64,000 bases of DNA from an uncultured Verrucomicrobiae bacterium (GTDB lineage Bacteria; Verrucomicrobiota; Verrucomicrobiia; Chthoniobacterales; UBA10450), in the NCBI GenBank assembly GCA_963772365.1, contig CAVYXA010000001.1, positions 32,001 to 96,000 on the forward strand, given 5' to 3'. A model generated the notes under the pieces. That model worked only from the letters and a program-made list of their open reading frames with translations, made no database searches and was not told where the DNA came from. A program made the position numbers and the translations under genes. Position 1 is the stretch's first letter; the number at the start of each line of letters is the position of its first letter. Below are positions 47,254 through 57,362 of the stretch, in pieces.

Positions 47254-47784
47254 ATGAAAATCATTTTTACCATTCTGGTAGTTCTCTTTATCGAAGCCGT
47301 CGCTTGGACCGCTTACGTCTGGAGCGGTGGCTACAACGTAAGCATGTCCAACCACGATAATGCTGTGATCAACTGGTACTTCGACAAAGGCACCACGCGT
47401 TCCCTCAAACAGCACGCCAGCGGGATCAAGGTCCCGCCGCTGGATAAGCTCGAAATGCTCCAGACCGGTGCGGCACATTTCCAGGAGATGTGCGCGCAAT
47501 GCCATGGCGCGCCTGGGAAAGAACCGGATGAAATTGCGAAGGGGCTTTGGCCGAAAGCGCCCGATCTGGGAAAAGCAGCTCCGCATTGGAGCGCTGCTCA
47601 ACTTTTCTGGATCACAAAACACGGGATTAAGTTCTCCGCCATGCCCGCGTGGGGACCAACGCACAGTGACGACAAAATCTGGGATATCATCGCGTTTTTA
47701 AGAAAACTGCCGAATCTTTCCCCGACGGAATATCAGCAGCTTCAGGCTAATGCGCCTCCTGAGCAGGAAGGTTCTGGCGAATAG
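47254..47784 (+). CDS. c-type cytochrome
   Basis: CAQCHG, SAMPAW, N-terminal anchor. Confidence 0.9.
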   Translation: MKIIFTILVVLFIEAVAWTAYVWSGGYNVSMSNHDNAVINWYFDKGTTRSLKQHASGIKVPPLDKLEMLQTGAAHFQEMCAQCHGAPGKEPDEIAKGLWPKAPDLGKAAPHWSAAQLFWITKHGIKFSAMPAWGPTHSDDKIWDIIAFLRKLPNLSPTEYQQLQANAPPEQEGSGE

Positions 47785-47998
47785 ACTGGCCCATGGGCTG
47801 AGTTGTTGCCGCGGCGGATTTTTTTGTCGCGAAAATAAGATGCGCATTCGCCACGCTTGATAAGTCGAGCGTCTTCAGATCATTCCGAAGGAACATTCCA
47901 TTGCTTCTGAATTGCGAGTGATCTTGCGGGCTTATCGCAGCTGTGGTGAAGAAAACCGAAGAGGTTTCCGGCTGCGATTTCATTGATAGGAGGTCGAT

Positions 47999-48595
47999 AT
48001 GCAAAAGCAATTAATCGACGAATACAATATCCTCCAGGAACATCGGAGCTGGGCAGAACGTGGGATCGAAGACCGCGACGTGTCGCAGTTGAAATTGATT
48101 CTGCAGGAAGCGCGGGATTTTCTGGATCGCTGGCAGGGAAAAAGTGGCGAGCCGCAAATTGAACAGAAGCTGATCGAACTGCGCGAAAACAACCGGCGGG
48201 TCGCCGCAGTCTTACAGGGCTGGTTTCTGGAAACGCTATACGATTTAATCGGCAAGCGGATCGACTGGCTCGTTCAGGAGGAGCGATTTCGGTTTAGTGT
48301 GGAGTTTATTCAAGTGACTGTGAACGCGCCATCCGATCTGCGACCAGAACTGGAAGACGTCTTTCAGGAAAGCGCAGGACGCGATTTCGATCCCGAACGG
48401 CTTTACCGGGAATCCGAAGCCGCCGCGGAATGTACCGAAAAAGAATTCAAGAAAGCTCTGGCTACACTGGAAGTGGATTGGCCAGAGCGCGTGAATGAGC
48501 GACTACATCGCCGTCTGAGCGCAACCGATCTGCGACAGCTCGAATCCTGGATGAACGGAATCAAAGAACACGCCACGCACTTGGGTCGAATCTGA
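47999..48595 (+). CDS. Hypothetical helical protein
   Basis: Strong RBS AGGAGG, 198-aa frame. Confidence 0.65.
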   Translation: MQKQLIDEYNILQEHRSWAERGIEDRDVSQLKLILQEARDFLDRWQGKSGEPQIEQKLIELRENNRRVAAVLQGWFLETLYDLIGKRIDWLVQEERFRFSVEFIQVTVNAPSDLRPELEDVFQESAGRDFDPERLYRESEAAAECTEKEFKKALATLEVDWPERVNERLHRRLSATDLRQLESWMNGIKEHATHLGRI

Positions 48596-48652
48596 TTCCG
48601 TGAGACGTGCTGCGTGAAATCGTGCGAGATTGTCGATGTTGCGCAGCGATTC

Positions 48653-48898
48653 TCATCGCTCCGCCGCCGCTGCCGGTCTCAGATAATCGAAATACTGAGT
48701 ATCGAATGAACGAAGCGCGTCCTCGATGCTTGCGCCGAAACCGGCAATTCCGCTTTTCAAATTTGGCCCGAGCAGCGCGACCCATGTCCGTCCCCGCTTT
48801 AGCAGACGCGGCCGCCGCACGGCAGCCGGGCTGCCGGGGTGAGATTCGCAATAACTCTCCAGTGATTGCAACGCCGCGATCTGTTGTGTGGTGCTCAT
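48653..48898 (-). CDS. Small hypothetical protein
   Basis: HPGSPAAVRRPRL..WVALLG..GIAGFG..ALRSFDTQY. Confidence 0.65.
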   Translation of the reverse strand: MSTTQQIAALQSLESYCESHPGSPAAVRRPRLLKRGRTWVALLGPNLKSGIAGFGASIEDALRSFDTQYFDYLRPAAAAER

Positions 48899-49105
48899 TC
48901 GTCCGCAAACCTGCGCTCATCATGGCGTGCTGCGATTCCTGACACAATCGGTCGCGACTCTGATGGGAATGTAAGCGAAAACCGTATAGCGAAATGAAAT
49001 TGCCCGCTTTGTGGGCCTCTGTTTATGTGCTGTCGCGCGCGAGCTGCCTTGCAAGCGCTTGCTTGCAAAAGCGCAGGTTTCTCGCGAACGTTGTTAGCAG
49101 CACTT

Positions 49106-49474
49106 CTAGGCCGTGACGGGCTCTCTGGTGGTAGCAGCATTCGCCCAGGCAGTGATGATGATAATGATGCCTAGGATGACGTTGTTCCAGAGAGCGACCC
49201 CGTTGGCGAACGCCAGCACAAATGGCGAAATAATCAGCCAGATGCCTAAAAGCACGTTCATCCAACTCCAACCCGGTTGTTGAGGCGTGCCGGCACGGAT
49301 GATTGCCAGAATGCCAACGAGTGCGCCGGTAGCGACGTTATTCCACATCGCCCGCGGGAACTGAGCAAATGCCAGTACAAAGGGTGAAACAATTACCCAA
49401 ATGCCCAGCACAATGTTAATCCAGCTGGCTCCCCCGGAACTCTGTCGCGGCATGGTGCTTTGTCGAGGTTCCAT
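49106..49474 (-). CDS. SPW repeat membrane protein
   Basis: Two repeats of SWxNxxLGIWxIxSPFVLAF..WNN; RBS GGAGGA. Confidence 0.85.
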   Translation of the reverse strand: MEPRQSTMPRQSSGGASWINIVLGIWVIVSPFVLAFAQFPRAMWNNVATGALVGILAIIRAGTPQQPGWSWMNVLLGIWLIISPFVLAFANGVALWNNVILGIIIIITAWANAATTREPVTA

Positions 49475-49696
49475 AGTCCTTTCCTCCTTCCCTAATTGCG
49501 CGAGAACGGAAATGTTCCCGCTCATATATACTTCGCACGAGGTGGGCTTTTTCGACCTATTTATTAACATCTGGCGGCTCATTCTTTACGGCCGCGAATG
49601 CAGCGCGTTCCACGATCGCTTCTCTCGTAGCGCTTCAGCTGTTACTCGTAACTATTTTCAATCCAAGGACCCCGCGGCACACGTTTATGGAGTACT

Positions 49697-50215
49697 ATGA
49701 AGACAACCCATTTTGCATTTATTGCTGCAGTTACCGCTTTATCTCTTTTTCTAATTCAACCCGCCTGCGCGGCAGAGAACAAGGCGGCTTCCAAAGATGC
49801 CAACTTCATCAAGAAGGTGGCGGACGCCAACATGACTGAGATCAAGCTGGCGAATCTGGCAAAGGACAACGGACAGAAACAAGAAGTTAAGGACTTTGCC
49901 GACCGGATGATCAAGGATCACACTAATGCCGGGGACCAGCTCAAGCCGATCGCGCAGAAGTTAAACGTGGATATTCCCGACACGGTGAGTGCGGAACATC
50001 AGCAGACCATTGACAAATTGTCGAAGTTGAAAGGCGACGAGTTCGACAAGGCCTACGCGAGCGCGATGGTGAAAGACCACAAAAAAGTTGTCTCAATGTT
50101 TGAGAAAAATAAGGACCAACTCCAAGACAAGGACCTGAAAGAATTTGACGAGCAAACGCTCCCAACTTTAAAGGAACACCTCGAGCTGGCGAAAAAATTG
50201 GAGCCGTCGAAGTAA
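49697..50215 (+). CDS. DUF4142 domain exported protein
   Basis: VKDFADRMIKDH, FDKAYASAMVKDH, LPTLKEHL. Confidence 0.88.
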   Translation: MKTTHFAFIAAVTALSLFLIQPACAAENKAASKDANFIKKVADANMTEIKLANLAKDNGQKQEVKDFADRMIKDHTNAGDQLKPIAQKLNVDIPDTVSAEHQQTIDKLSKLKGDEFDKAYASAMVKDHKKVVSMFEKNKDQLQDKDLKEFDEQTLPTLKEHLELAKKLEPSK

Positions 50216-50243
50216 ACTTCCAACGACGGAGGATAGGGATTGT

Positions 50244-50309
50244 AATTGTAGGGCGGGCGCGTCGCCTGCCCGCACTCGGACGGCAGGCGATGCGCCCTGC
50301 CCTACAATT
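50244..50309. repeat. REP-like long palindrome (GTAG...CTAC) between convergent genes
   Basis: AATTGTAGGGC-GGGCGCGTCGCCTGCC ... GGCAGGCGATGCGCCCTGCCCTACAATT. Confidence 0.75.
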
Positions 50310-50346
50310 CGTTTCCCTGTTTCAGCGCGATCGTGGCGCATCCCCT

Positions 50347-51006
50347 TTAGGGTGAGGCCGACGGCGAAGGAATCTGGCTTGGTGTTGGTGAGGCCGAAGG
50401 TTCAGGGCTGGGTGTCGGCGTAGGTGCAGGTGTGAGCTCGCGTGGCTCGACGCGCGATAAGCTGGATGCCATTTGATCTGCTAATCGCCCTAACAGATCG
50501 CTCATTGTCGATGCTGTTGCATCCGCAGTCGCGGCAGCGGCGGCGCTGAACTTGAATTGGCGGTCTAATAGCGCGGTGTTTGTGCCCTGCTTGACCAAGC
50601 TCCAACCGCCACTGAGTCTCACGGTTCCGTCAGCCTTGGGTCCAAAATGTGTAATTGTGACGACCAGGGTAGCAGTATCGGGCGGAGCGGGCGATTCAGG
50701 GAGAATAACGCGGTCCTTTTCCAGACGGTTCATTAGATCTTGAGCGAGAACGTTGCGGGTCATTTCATCGAGAGCGGCAAGCCAGCGGTCCGTCTCACTG
50801 AGCTTGACTGTATTTTCACTGGTCATCCTGACCATTTGTTTTCTGTCGAGAGACGGAGGTAAATGGACGGCGACTAATTGCACCGGAAACGAAATGGAAC
50901 GCCGGCCGGTTTCACCCGCGGCGCTCAAGGTGTAGAAATGCGTCTTCGGGCTCGAGCCGCAACCGGTCAGGAGTAGGATCGACAAAAGCGCGATTTCCTT
51001 TTGCAT
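50347..51006 (-). CDS. pqiC: PqiC family lipoprotein
   Basis: Lipobox LTGC, HFYTL, LDRKQMV, DRWLAAL. Confidence 0.85.
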   Translation of the reverse strand: MQKEIALLSILLLTGCGSSPKTHFYTLSAAGETGRRSISFPVQLVAVHLPPSLDRKQMVRMTSENTVKLSETDRWLAALDEMTRNVLAQDLMNRLEKDRVILPESPAPPDTATLVVTITHFGPKADGTVRLSGGWSLVKQGTNTALLDRQFKFSAAAAATADATASTMSDLLGRLADQMASSLSRVEPRELTPAPTPTPSPEPSASPTPSQIPSPSASP

Positions 51007-51008
51007 AA

Positions 51009-52313
51009 TCAATCTCCAGATCTGCCTTTTATCAGGGCTTCGGGGTGTCGATCGAGATAATCAGCCAGCGAACGGATCGAACGAGCGGCTTCCTTCACTT
51101 CTTGAAGTGTATCGTTCAATCCGGTCTGAGCAGGCGCACCGCCCAATACTTTGTCCGCGCCTTGAGCGGCTTGATCGAGTTGCGCGGCGGTATTGCGCAA
51201 ATCCGCCACGAGCTTGTCCACTTTGGGTGACACATCTTTGAGAAGCCCGTGGAGTTCCTCGAGCGAACCATCGAGCTGGACGACCGCGTCCTTCAAATGT
51301 CCGGACGAAACGATTTGATCGACATTTTTTGTGATATCCAAAAGGTTTTGCCCGATCTGCTTGAGCGGAATGCTTTTGACCCGATCCAGAATAGTGTCGA
51401 GACCGCCGCCCGGCGCGGTGGGAATTTCGGGCATGTTGTTAACAATTTTCAGAGTTGCGTGCGGTGCGCCGGGGATGACTTCGAGTGAGAGTTGATAAGC
51501 TCCGATCAATGATGGTTCGCGGGCCAGCCGTGCCCGCAGGCCTTCTTCAATCAACTGGTTCATCACCGCGCGCATCTCATCGGCTGCATTGGGGAGATTC
51601 GGATTGTCGATGTGAAGCAGCTTTGGATACAGCGCGAGCGTTATTGGCGTCAGGATCGCGCCGGTTTTCACGTCAAAATGAAACCCGATCTGTTTGATCT
51701 CCCCGACGGTGAAACCGCGCACCTTCACGGGATCGCCTTCGGATAAATCGCCGACGGCATCATCAAATGAAACCATAAACAAGACCGGCGTCCCGCGATC
51801 GACGGGAAGAGGTTTGTGCGTCACTCCCTGGAAATGCTTGGTCTCTTTGCCAGGGCCGGGCTGCATCTCAAGTTTCGGCCCGCCGAGGATCGAGCCGAGC
51901 GACGAGAGATTGCCCAGGCTTACATTTGTGCCCTTGAGCCAAAAGATCGTGCCTGTCTTAAGAAACTTGGAAGCACTATCGTTGATCGTGGCTTTTACGT
52001 CCACGCTGTTCCCATCTTTCGCGAGGGAGACGTCGCTCACTTTGCCGACGGTCATACCAAGATACATAATGTCGGTGTCTTTTGGATCGATCCCGTAAAC
52101 CTTCGGGAAGTTGATCGTGATATCAGTGCCGCCCTGAGTGAGGAACCGAACCAGGAGCCAAATTCCGATCCCCAGCGCAGCAATCGGCACCGCCCAAATC
52201 CAGCCCGGCCACCACGTCTTGCGTTTGGGCGCTTCCGAACCAGATGTCCGCTTCTGTTCGGCATTAGCCTCTTTCTTTTCCTGGTCGCCTTGCTGTTGAT
52301 CTTCGTCGCTCAC
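51009..52313 (-). CDS. pqiB: PqiB/MCE (MlaD) family protein
   Basis: WIWAVPI, two MCE domains, LADYLDRHPEALIKG. Confidence 0.88.
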   Translation of the reverse strand: MSDEDQQQGDQEKKEANAEQKRTSGSEAPKRKTWWPGWIWAVPIAALGIGIWLLVRFLTQGGTDITINFPKVYGIDPKDTDIMYLGMTVGKVSDVSLAKDGNSVDVKATINDSASKFLKTGTIFWLKGTNVSLGNLSSLGSILGGPKLEMQPGPGKETKHFQGVTHKPLPVDRGTPVLFMVSFDDAVGDLSEGDPVKVRGFTVGEIKQIGFHFDVKTGAILTPITLALYPKLLHIDNPNLPNAADEMRAVMNQLIEEGLRARLAREPSLIGAYQLSLEVIPGAPHATLKIVNNMPEIPTAPGGGLDTILDRVKSIPLKQIGQNLLDITKNVDQIVSSGHLKDAVVQLDGSLEELHGLLKDVSPKVDKLVADLRNTAAQLDQAAQGADKVLGGAPAQTGLNDTLQEVKEAARSIRSLADYLDRHPEALIKGRSGD

Positions 52314-53518
52314 GATTTTCTCCTCTCGGCCGCATCCCACATCAAGCGCGGGTCGAACGACATTGATGCCAGGAGGGTGAGCACCACCACGAGAATGAAT
52401 GCGGTCGATCCCCAACCTGCTTTGGAAGACGCGAACGATCCAAAGGTCATCAGCGGTACAAAAACCACGATGATAAAGGGATCGACGTTGGACCATCGCC
52501 CGATCTCGTTGATGAAACGGTAAAACTTTGTCTTGGCGACCAGATGTTTGTCCGATTTTCGCCAGACCGAGCCAATGAACCAGGCCATGCCGAAAATCTT
52601 CACGGCCGGTATGCTAATGCTGGTGCAAAAAATAATCACGCCTAACGGCCAGAGTCCCGCCTTGAACAATTCGCGCACGCCCTGAAAAATCGTGTAATTC
52701 ACTGTGCTGCCCATCTGGAGCGTGGTATTCATCGGAAGAATGTTGGCCGGGAAAAAGAGAACGAACGCGGCTGCGGTGAGCGCAGTGGCCCGCATGAGGG
52801 CGAATGGTTTTCGCGTGTAGAGACGAGCGCGGCAGCGCGGGCAACGGTTCCCTTCGCAATCGATCGGTTGAATCAAATCGCACACGGTGCAGGAGAGCGT
52901 CTCGGTCTCTTCCGAAACATCCACTTCCGGCGCGATAGCCCGCCAGACCGAGCGCCTGTCGATGCATGCGCGAGTGATCATTGCCAGAAAGGCTGCCACC
53001 AGAAAAACGTAGCCGCCGGATCCGATCATCACCTTCATGTGCGGCGCATGAATTAACCGGAAATAGCCCACGAACGCGCCTAACAAAAACACATCCGGCA
53101 TTGCCCAGGTATCGAGCCAGAGCGACCAGCGATAACCTGTTCCGATCCAACGTGACTGATAACCAAATCGGATCGCCCCGAGAACAGCCGATAACAGTCC
53201 AAAGCGGAAAAACGGCAACACAACGGCGAAAGCCCAAACCAGCGCCGCCAGAAGAAGCCAACCGTTTCCCCAAAGTACCTTCGCGCCGGTCGAGAGCCGC
53301 GACTGATTATGCATTCCGAAAATGTGGACAGCCAGAAAGAGCAGGAGATTGGCGGGGAACAGGAGAAAAAATGTCCCGAGCGCACAGGCCAGCCCGGCCG
53401 TGAGACTCCGCCCGCTGGTCCTTTCCAAATAGGCGCCGCAGAGCCGGCATTCGGCGAAATCGCCCGGATGCAAAGATGGCAATTGTTCCATCAAACCGCA
53501 ATCCGGACAGGCAATCAT
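52310..53518 (-). CDS. pqiA: Paraquat-inducible protein A
   Basis: CPDC..CRLC, WAMPDVF, GRWSNVD, FDPRLMWD. Confidence 0.92.
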   Translation of the reverse strand: MIACPDCGLMEQLPSLHPGDFAECRLCGAYLERTSGRSLTAGLACALGTFFLLFPANLLLFLAVHIFGMHNQSRLSTGAKVLWGNGWLLLAALVWAFAVVLPFFRFGLLSAVLGAIRFGYQSRWIGTGYRWSLWLDTWAMPDVFLLGAFVGYFRLIHAPHMKVMIGSGGYVFLVAAFLAMITRACIDRRSVWRAIAPEVDVSEETETLSCTVCDLIQPIDCEGNRCPRCRARLYTRKPFALMRATALTAAAFVLFFPANILPMNTTLQMGSTVNYTIFQGVRELFKAGLWPLGVIIFCTSISIPAVKIFGMAWFIGSVWRKSDKHLVAKTKFYRFINEIGRWSNVDPFIIVVFVPLMTFGSFASSKAGWGSTAFILVVVLTLLASMSFDPRLMWDAAERRKS

Positions 53519-54034
53519 GGCCGTAATGCTGAGCTGATTAGAGCAGGGCTGGCCTTCATGAAGCTGCTTTGCGTGTGGAGCTTATCGTCATCCATACGCA
53601 AACAATTTCGCATGCCGAAGGCAGCCCGAGCGCCACATTGTGAAGGATGATTCTCGGCGGCGAGGTGGAACGGAATCTCCGCGCGCGTTGCTCACTTGTT
53701 TTTCAGTTCCATGGACTGGCGGGAGCATCTTCCGCCGGATCAATTTGCTTTTTCCCGACCGAGCCCCCGCCCCGACTTCATGGTGTTCTCCTCGCCATCG
53801 GATCTGCACTACCGTTCATGCAATTTTTTCCAACGCTGAGCTGCTTCCAAAACAGCACGACCACGAATTGTCGATCAGACGTTTCGCCGCGAAGAACCGA
53901 CTTGCTGTGGAATTCTATGATGTCGGGTTAGTCGCGATGTCCCAAAACGCGATCGAGCCGTTTCGAATCGGCGCCGAAAGGGAAAGTAATCGGGTTGTCT
54001 CCGAAAATTCGGGATTGGGAAAATTTCCCGAAGT

Positions 54035-55534
54035 CTATTCTTGCCGCCCCGCTTCGGTGACGCGGATATAGCGGCGGAAAACAATCAATCCAAGCGGCGC
54101 GACAGATGCGGCCAGTGCAAAGATTAACCACATGCCGGCCGGCCGACGCGGACCACGCTCCGGAACAAACGCTGCCAGCAGCCAGCCTCCCGTTCCCACC
54201 AGAAGTTTACCCACGAGAAATGGCAGATACGCGAGTGAACCATAGGAGGCTTCCTGTCCTTTTGGGGCAATTGCAGCAGCGTATTCGTACACACGTGGAG
54301 AATAGAAGGCTTCGCCGATCGAAAATACGGCCAGATAAAGCGCCGACATTATGTAGTACGGATGAATGGCGCCGGACAAGCCAAGGTAGCTGTGGCCGAG
54401 CCATTGTCCCGGAGCGCTGTCGGTGGCAGCGCGAAACCAGTCTGTTGGCAACGCCATTATAAAAACACTAGCCGCGCAGATAATGCTGCCGATCACGACC
54501 ATTCGATACGCTGCAAATTTTTGCGTCAACGCGCCGACGACCGGGACCAGAAATATAATTATGATCGCATTGATGTTTGCCAGTTTTCCCACGGGAGCAT
54601 AGAGGCCAAGCTCGCGAATTCCGAATTTCGGAAAGACATAATCCATTTGCAGAAAGATAGCTTTGAGAAAGCCGATGAAGAGGAAAAAGGTCAGCAATCG
54701 GTAAAAACCCGATTGACCAATCAACCGTCGGAAAAGATCGGCAGTATCAACCGCACTTTTCCGCACCGTTTCACTAACGCCGCTCCAAAACGGTGGGGCG
54801 ACCGTTGGCACCTTGTCGATCTTAACGCCCTTGTCCCTCCGTTCCGCGCCGCGGCGAAGAAAGTAAATCGTGGGAAACAGGAGGACCTCGAATGCGAGGC
54901 TGACCAGGAACAGTTGTTCATAGCTGCTTGGTTGAAATCCGAAAATGCTGAAACGCAGATGCAGTTGTCGGGTGTAATCGAAAATCCAACCGGCAGCGAC
55001 GTAGCCGACATTCATGATCATGTAGATGATCGAGAATGAGATCGAACGCTGCGCAGTTGTAGAATAACACCGCGTCGCCGCGAGTAGCACTGGAGTTCCC
55101 AGTGCTTCGCCTACGGCTAGTGGAAGGACGCCGCAGACGAGGGCGAGAGCCGGGATCGTCGTCGTGATCATCACGCTCCGAGCGACGGTGCAAATCGCCA
55201 CGCCGAGAAAAAAAGTGCGGCGTAAACCGATCGCATCCGTCAACGAACCGGCGACTAAGGTGAATACAGTCATGGCCGGCGCCCAAACCCAGCCGACGAG
55301 CGCGCCTGCCGCCTGGTCGCTGTAGCCGAGGTCTTTCGACAACCACAGCACCATTGTCTTGTTCGTGATCGAGTAAGCGGTGTAGATGAAGAACTTGATC
55401 AGGAACGTGAGCCACAGCTCGCGCTGCGCACCCTTGAGCACAGTGAACTTTTGGATGAACGCTCCAAAACCGCGCGGGGCGACCGGCGGAACGTTTTCCT
55501 CCGCTGGTACCGCACTTTTCGTGATCTCCGCCAC
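54035..55534 (-). CDS. MFS transporter (POT-like)
   Basis: GSLTDAIGLRR motif A, IGEAFYSPR, about 12 TMs. Confidence 0.85.
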   Translation of the reverse strand: MAEITKSAVPAEENVPPVAPRGFGAFIQKFTVLKGAQRELWLTFLIKFFIYTAYSITNKTMVLWLSKDLGYSDQAAGALVGWVWAPAMTVFTLVAGSLTDAIGLRRTFFLGVAICTVARSVMITTTIPALALVCGVLPLAVGEALGTPVLLAATRCYSTTAQRSISFSIIYMIMNVGYVAAGWIFDYTRQLHLRFSIFGFQPSSYEQLFLVSLAFEVLLFPTIYFLRRGAERRDKGVKIDKVPTVAPPFWSGVSETVRKSAVDTADLFRRLIGQSGFYRLLTFFLFIGFLKAIFLQMDYVFPKFGIRELGLYAPVGKLANINAIIIIFLVPVVGALTQKFAAYRMVVIGSIICAASVFIMALPTDWFRAATDSAPGQWLGHSYLGLSGAIHPYYIMSALYLAVFSIGEAFYSPRVYEYAAAIAPKGQEASYGSLAYLPFLVGKLLVGTGGWLLAAFVPERGPRRPAGMWLIFALAASVAPLGLIVFRRYIRVTEAGRQE

Positions 55535-55594
55535 AGGCGTGATCTTCAGCGAAAAGTTCGCCGCCGTCGAATAAGATGACGATTACGAGCTGAA

Positions 55595-55729
55595 GCGGAT
55601 CCGCCGAAACAAGAGCGGACAGTTCAAGAAAAAGGTGTAGGTTGGCCGGTCCTTGGCCTCGGATAGACGCACGAAGGCAAAACGAAAGTGGAAGAAGGGC
55701 AGGGCGATCGCGGCGACGTGTCGCGTTAG
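55595..55729 (+). pseudogene. Decayed small basic hypothetical gene
   Basis: IRRNKSGQFKKKV*VGRSLASDRRTKAK / GQGDRGD with internal stop and frameshift. Confidence 0.45.
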
Positions 55730-55804
55730 CAGCGTGCGTTCTGTGAAAAGGACGCTCGAATGAATCCGAACTTTCCAGCTTGTCGAATCAGCGGAAAGTA
55801 AAAG

Positions 55805-55830
55805 AGCGGGAATTTTTCAATTCCCGCCCT
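55805..55830 (-). terminator. Stem-loop, probable terminator
   Basis: GCGGGAATT-TTTC-AATTCCCGC followed by TCTTTTAC on minus strand. Confidence 0.5.
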
Positions 55831-55848
55831 TCCCTAACAGATGCGTTG

Positions 55849-56007
55849 CTATCGTCCGCTTTGCTGTTGACCGCCGCCGGGCTGGCCCCCACGCTCCTCG
55901 CGCCGTTCCTGTCCACCGCCCTGTTGCCCGCCACCTTGGCCGCCGCCAGCAGGCTTGGTTGGGTCATTTGGTTTGGTTGGATCATTTGGGTTGCGTTGTG
56001 TTTCCAT
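55849..56007 (-). CDS. 52-aa Gly/Gln-rich hydrophilic small protein
   Basis: METQRNPNDPTKPNDPTKPAGGGQGGGQQGGGQERREERGGQPGGGQQQSGR*; purine-rich RBS, downstream hairpin. Confidence 0.6.
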   Translation of the reverse strand: METQRNPNDPTKPNDPTKPAGGGQGGGQQGGGQERREERGGQPGGGQQQSGR

Positions 56008-56159
56008 TTTAGTCTCTTTCTTTAGGTTAGTTGGGTTAACGGATCGGTCGTGTTCAACCGTTCTCTATCCTAAATCGAACCTGGTGCGGCATGCGGTTTC
56101 ACAATTCAACGCGCGTCGTGTCCCGATTGCTTTTCGCGCGACTAACTTTTGGTCCGAGA

Positions 56160-57065
56160 CTAATCTTGCGCGTTCACCTGTTCTATCGTTGTGCCAAAGT
56201 CTTTCGCCGCGTATTCGCGAAATTTTTCTTCGAGCACAGCCAAGTTTGAGAAAGTCCCGGCATAACTGCGGGCGAACGCGATTTCGAATGCTTGATGATG
56301 ACCCATCAAATCGAGCAGCAGCAGGAAATCTCGTTTGTCTGTCTTCGCTAGAAATCGCACCAGCCGTTCCGATTCATTGTAGAAAAGCTCGACATCGTCA
56401 GAGGGAACCTGGGTCATGGCAACAAGCTTGGGAATAGGAATCATCTCGCCTGGCGCAATCGCCTCCGAATGTGGCTTCGCAATGTAACCGCGAGCCCGCT
56501 GATAACTCGCGTGCGCGGCTTTGGAAATGTACTGGGCCAGACCTTCATTCAGCCAAAGGGCGATTCCCTCGGGATAAAACCGGTGCACGACCAAATGCAC
56601 AATCTCGTGACCAAGGCTGTTGTCGCTAAATCGATAGGCCGGGTTGCGCTGGATAAAAAGGCTGCCCATGGAATGAATGCCGCCTGTCCACGGCTCCAGT
56701 TTCCCGAACGCCTGAAATTGTCGCCAATCTTCTGGACGCTCAAAGATGTAGATGTGCGATTTGATGTCGCCCGGCGGCTGGTCGCGTTCCAGTTCTTTGG
56801 CAATTACGCGATAATGAAATTCGGCCTCTACCGAAATCGGTGTGGCCACATAGCTGTGGACGAAATGATAGATGAAATGCTCGGTCTCAGCGTGTTTCCA
56901 TTCGTCCGGATGAATGGCCAGCGCTTTTTCCCCCAGCGGATTCGGGTCGCGCTGGCTCAACTGATCGAAGGCGATTTCCGGAAGTGAGTTTAATTGAGCA
57001 TCGACCGGATGGATCCATGCTGTCGCCGTCAGCACGCCGATGAATAGGATCTGAGCGACTCGCAT
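56160..57065 (-). CDS. Exported HExxH (peptidase MA-like) protein
   Basis: Signal peptide, LGHEIVH..WLNEGLAQY. Confidence 0.75.
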   Translation of the reverse strand: MRVAQILFIGVLTATAWIHPVDAQLNSLPEIAFDQLSQRDPNPLGEKALAIHPDEWKHAETEHFIYHFVHSYVATPISVEAEFHYRVIAKELERDQPPGDIKSHIYIFERPEDWRQFQAFGKLEPWTGGIHSMGSLFIQRNPAYRFSDNSLGHEIVHLVVHRFYPEGIALWLNEGLAQYISKAAHASYQRARGYIAKPHSEAIAPGEMIPIPKLVAMTQVPSDDVELFYNESERLVRFLAKTDKRDFLLLLDLMGHHQAFEIAFARSYAGTFSNLAVLEEKFREYAAKDFGTTIEQVNAQD

Positions 57066-57362
57066 CCAGTTGGAGACAGCGATTTCTGTGCGAGCTCTTC
57101 GGAAGTGACGATCCATCTTTTGTGTGCGAGTTTTGAACGTGCTGGCCGTGTCGCGCCGAACGTAATTAAGCGCGCTGGCAAACCAAAACGTCGCGAGGCG
57201 TTGAATTCGAAAGCGACGCGAGGACACGCCGCAGCCAAAGCGAAGGCGGGTCACATAGCTCTCCGGGGCTGGTGGCTCGGCAGCCTTCGAATTTCCACGC
57301 AGCCTCGCGCTCAAGCGGATCAGTCCCCTTGTCGCCCTTCCCGAGCCGTGTTTACATCGACA

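Noticed and set aside
50347..50440. Pro/Ser/Thr repeats at the PqiC C-terminus
   Set aside because: Ordinary low-complexity protein tail
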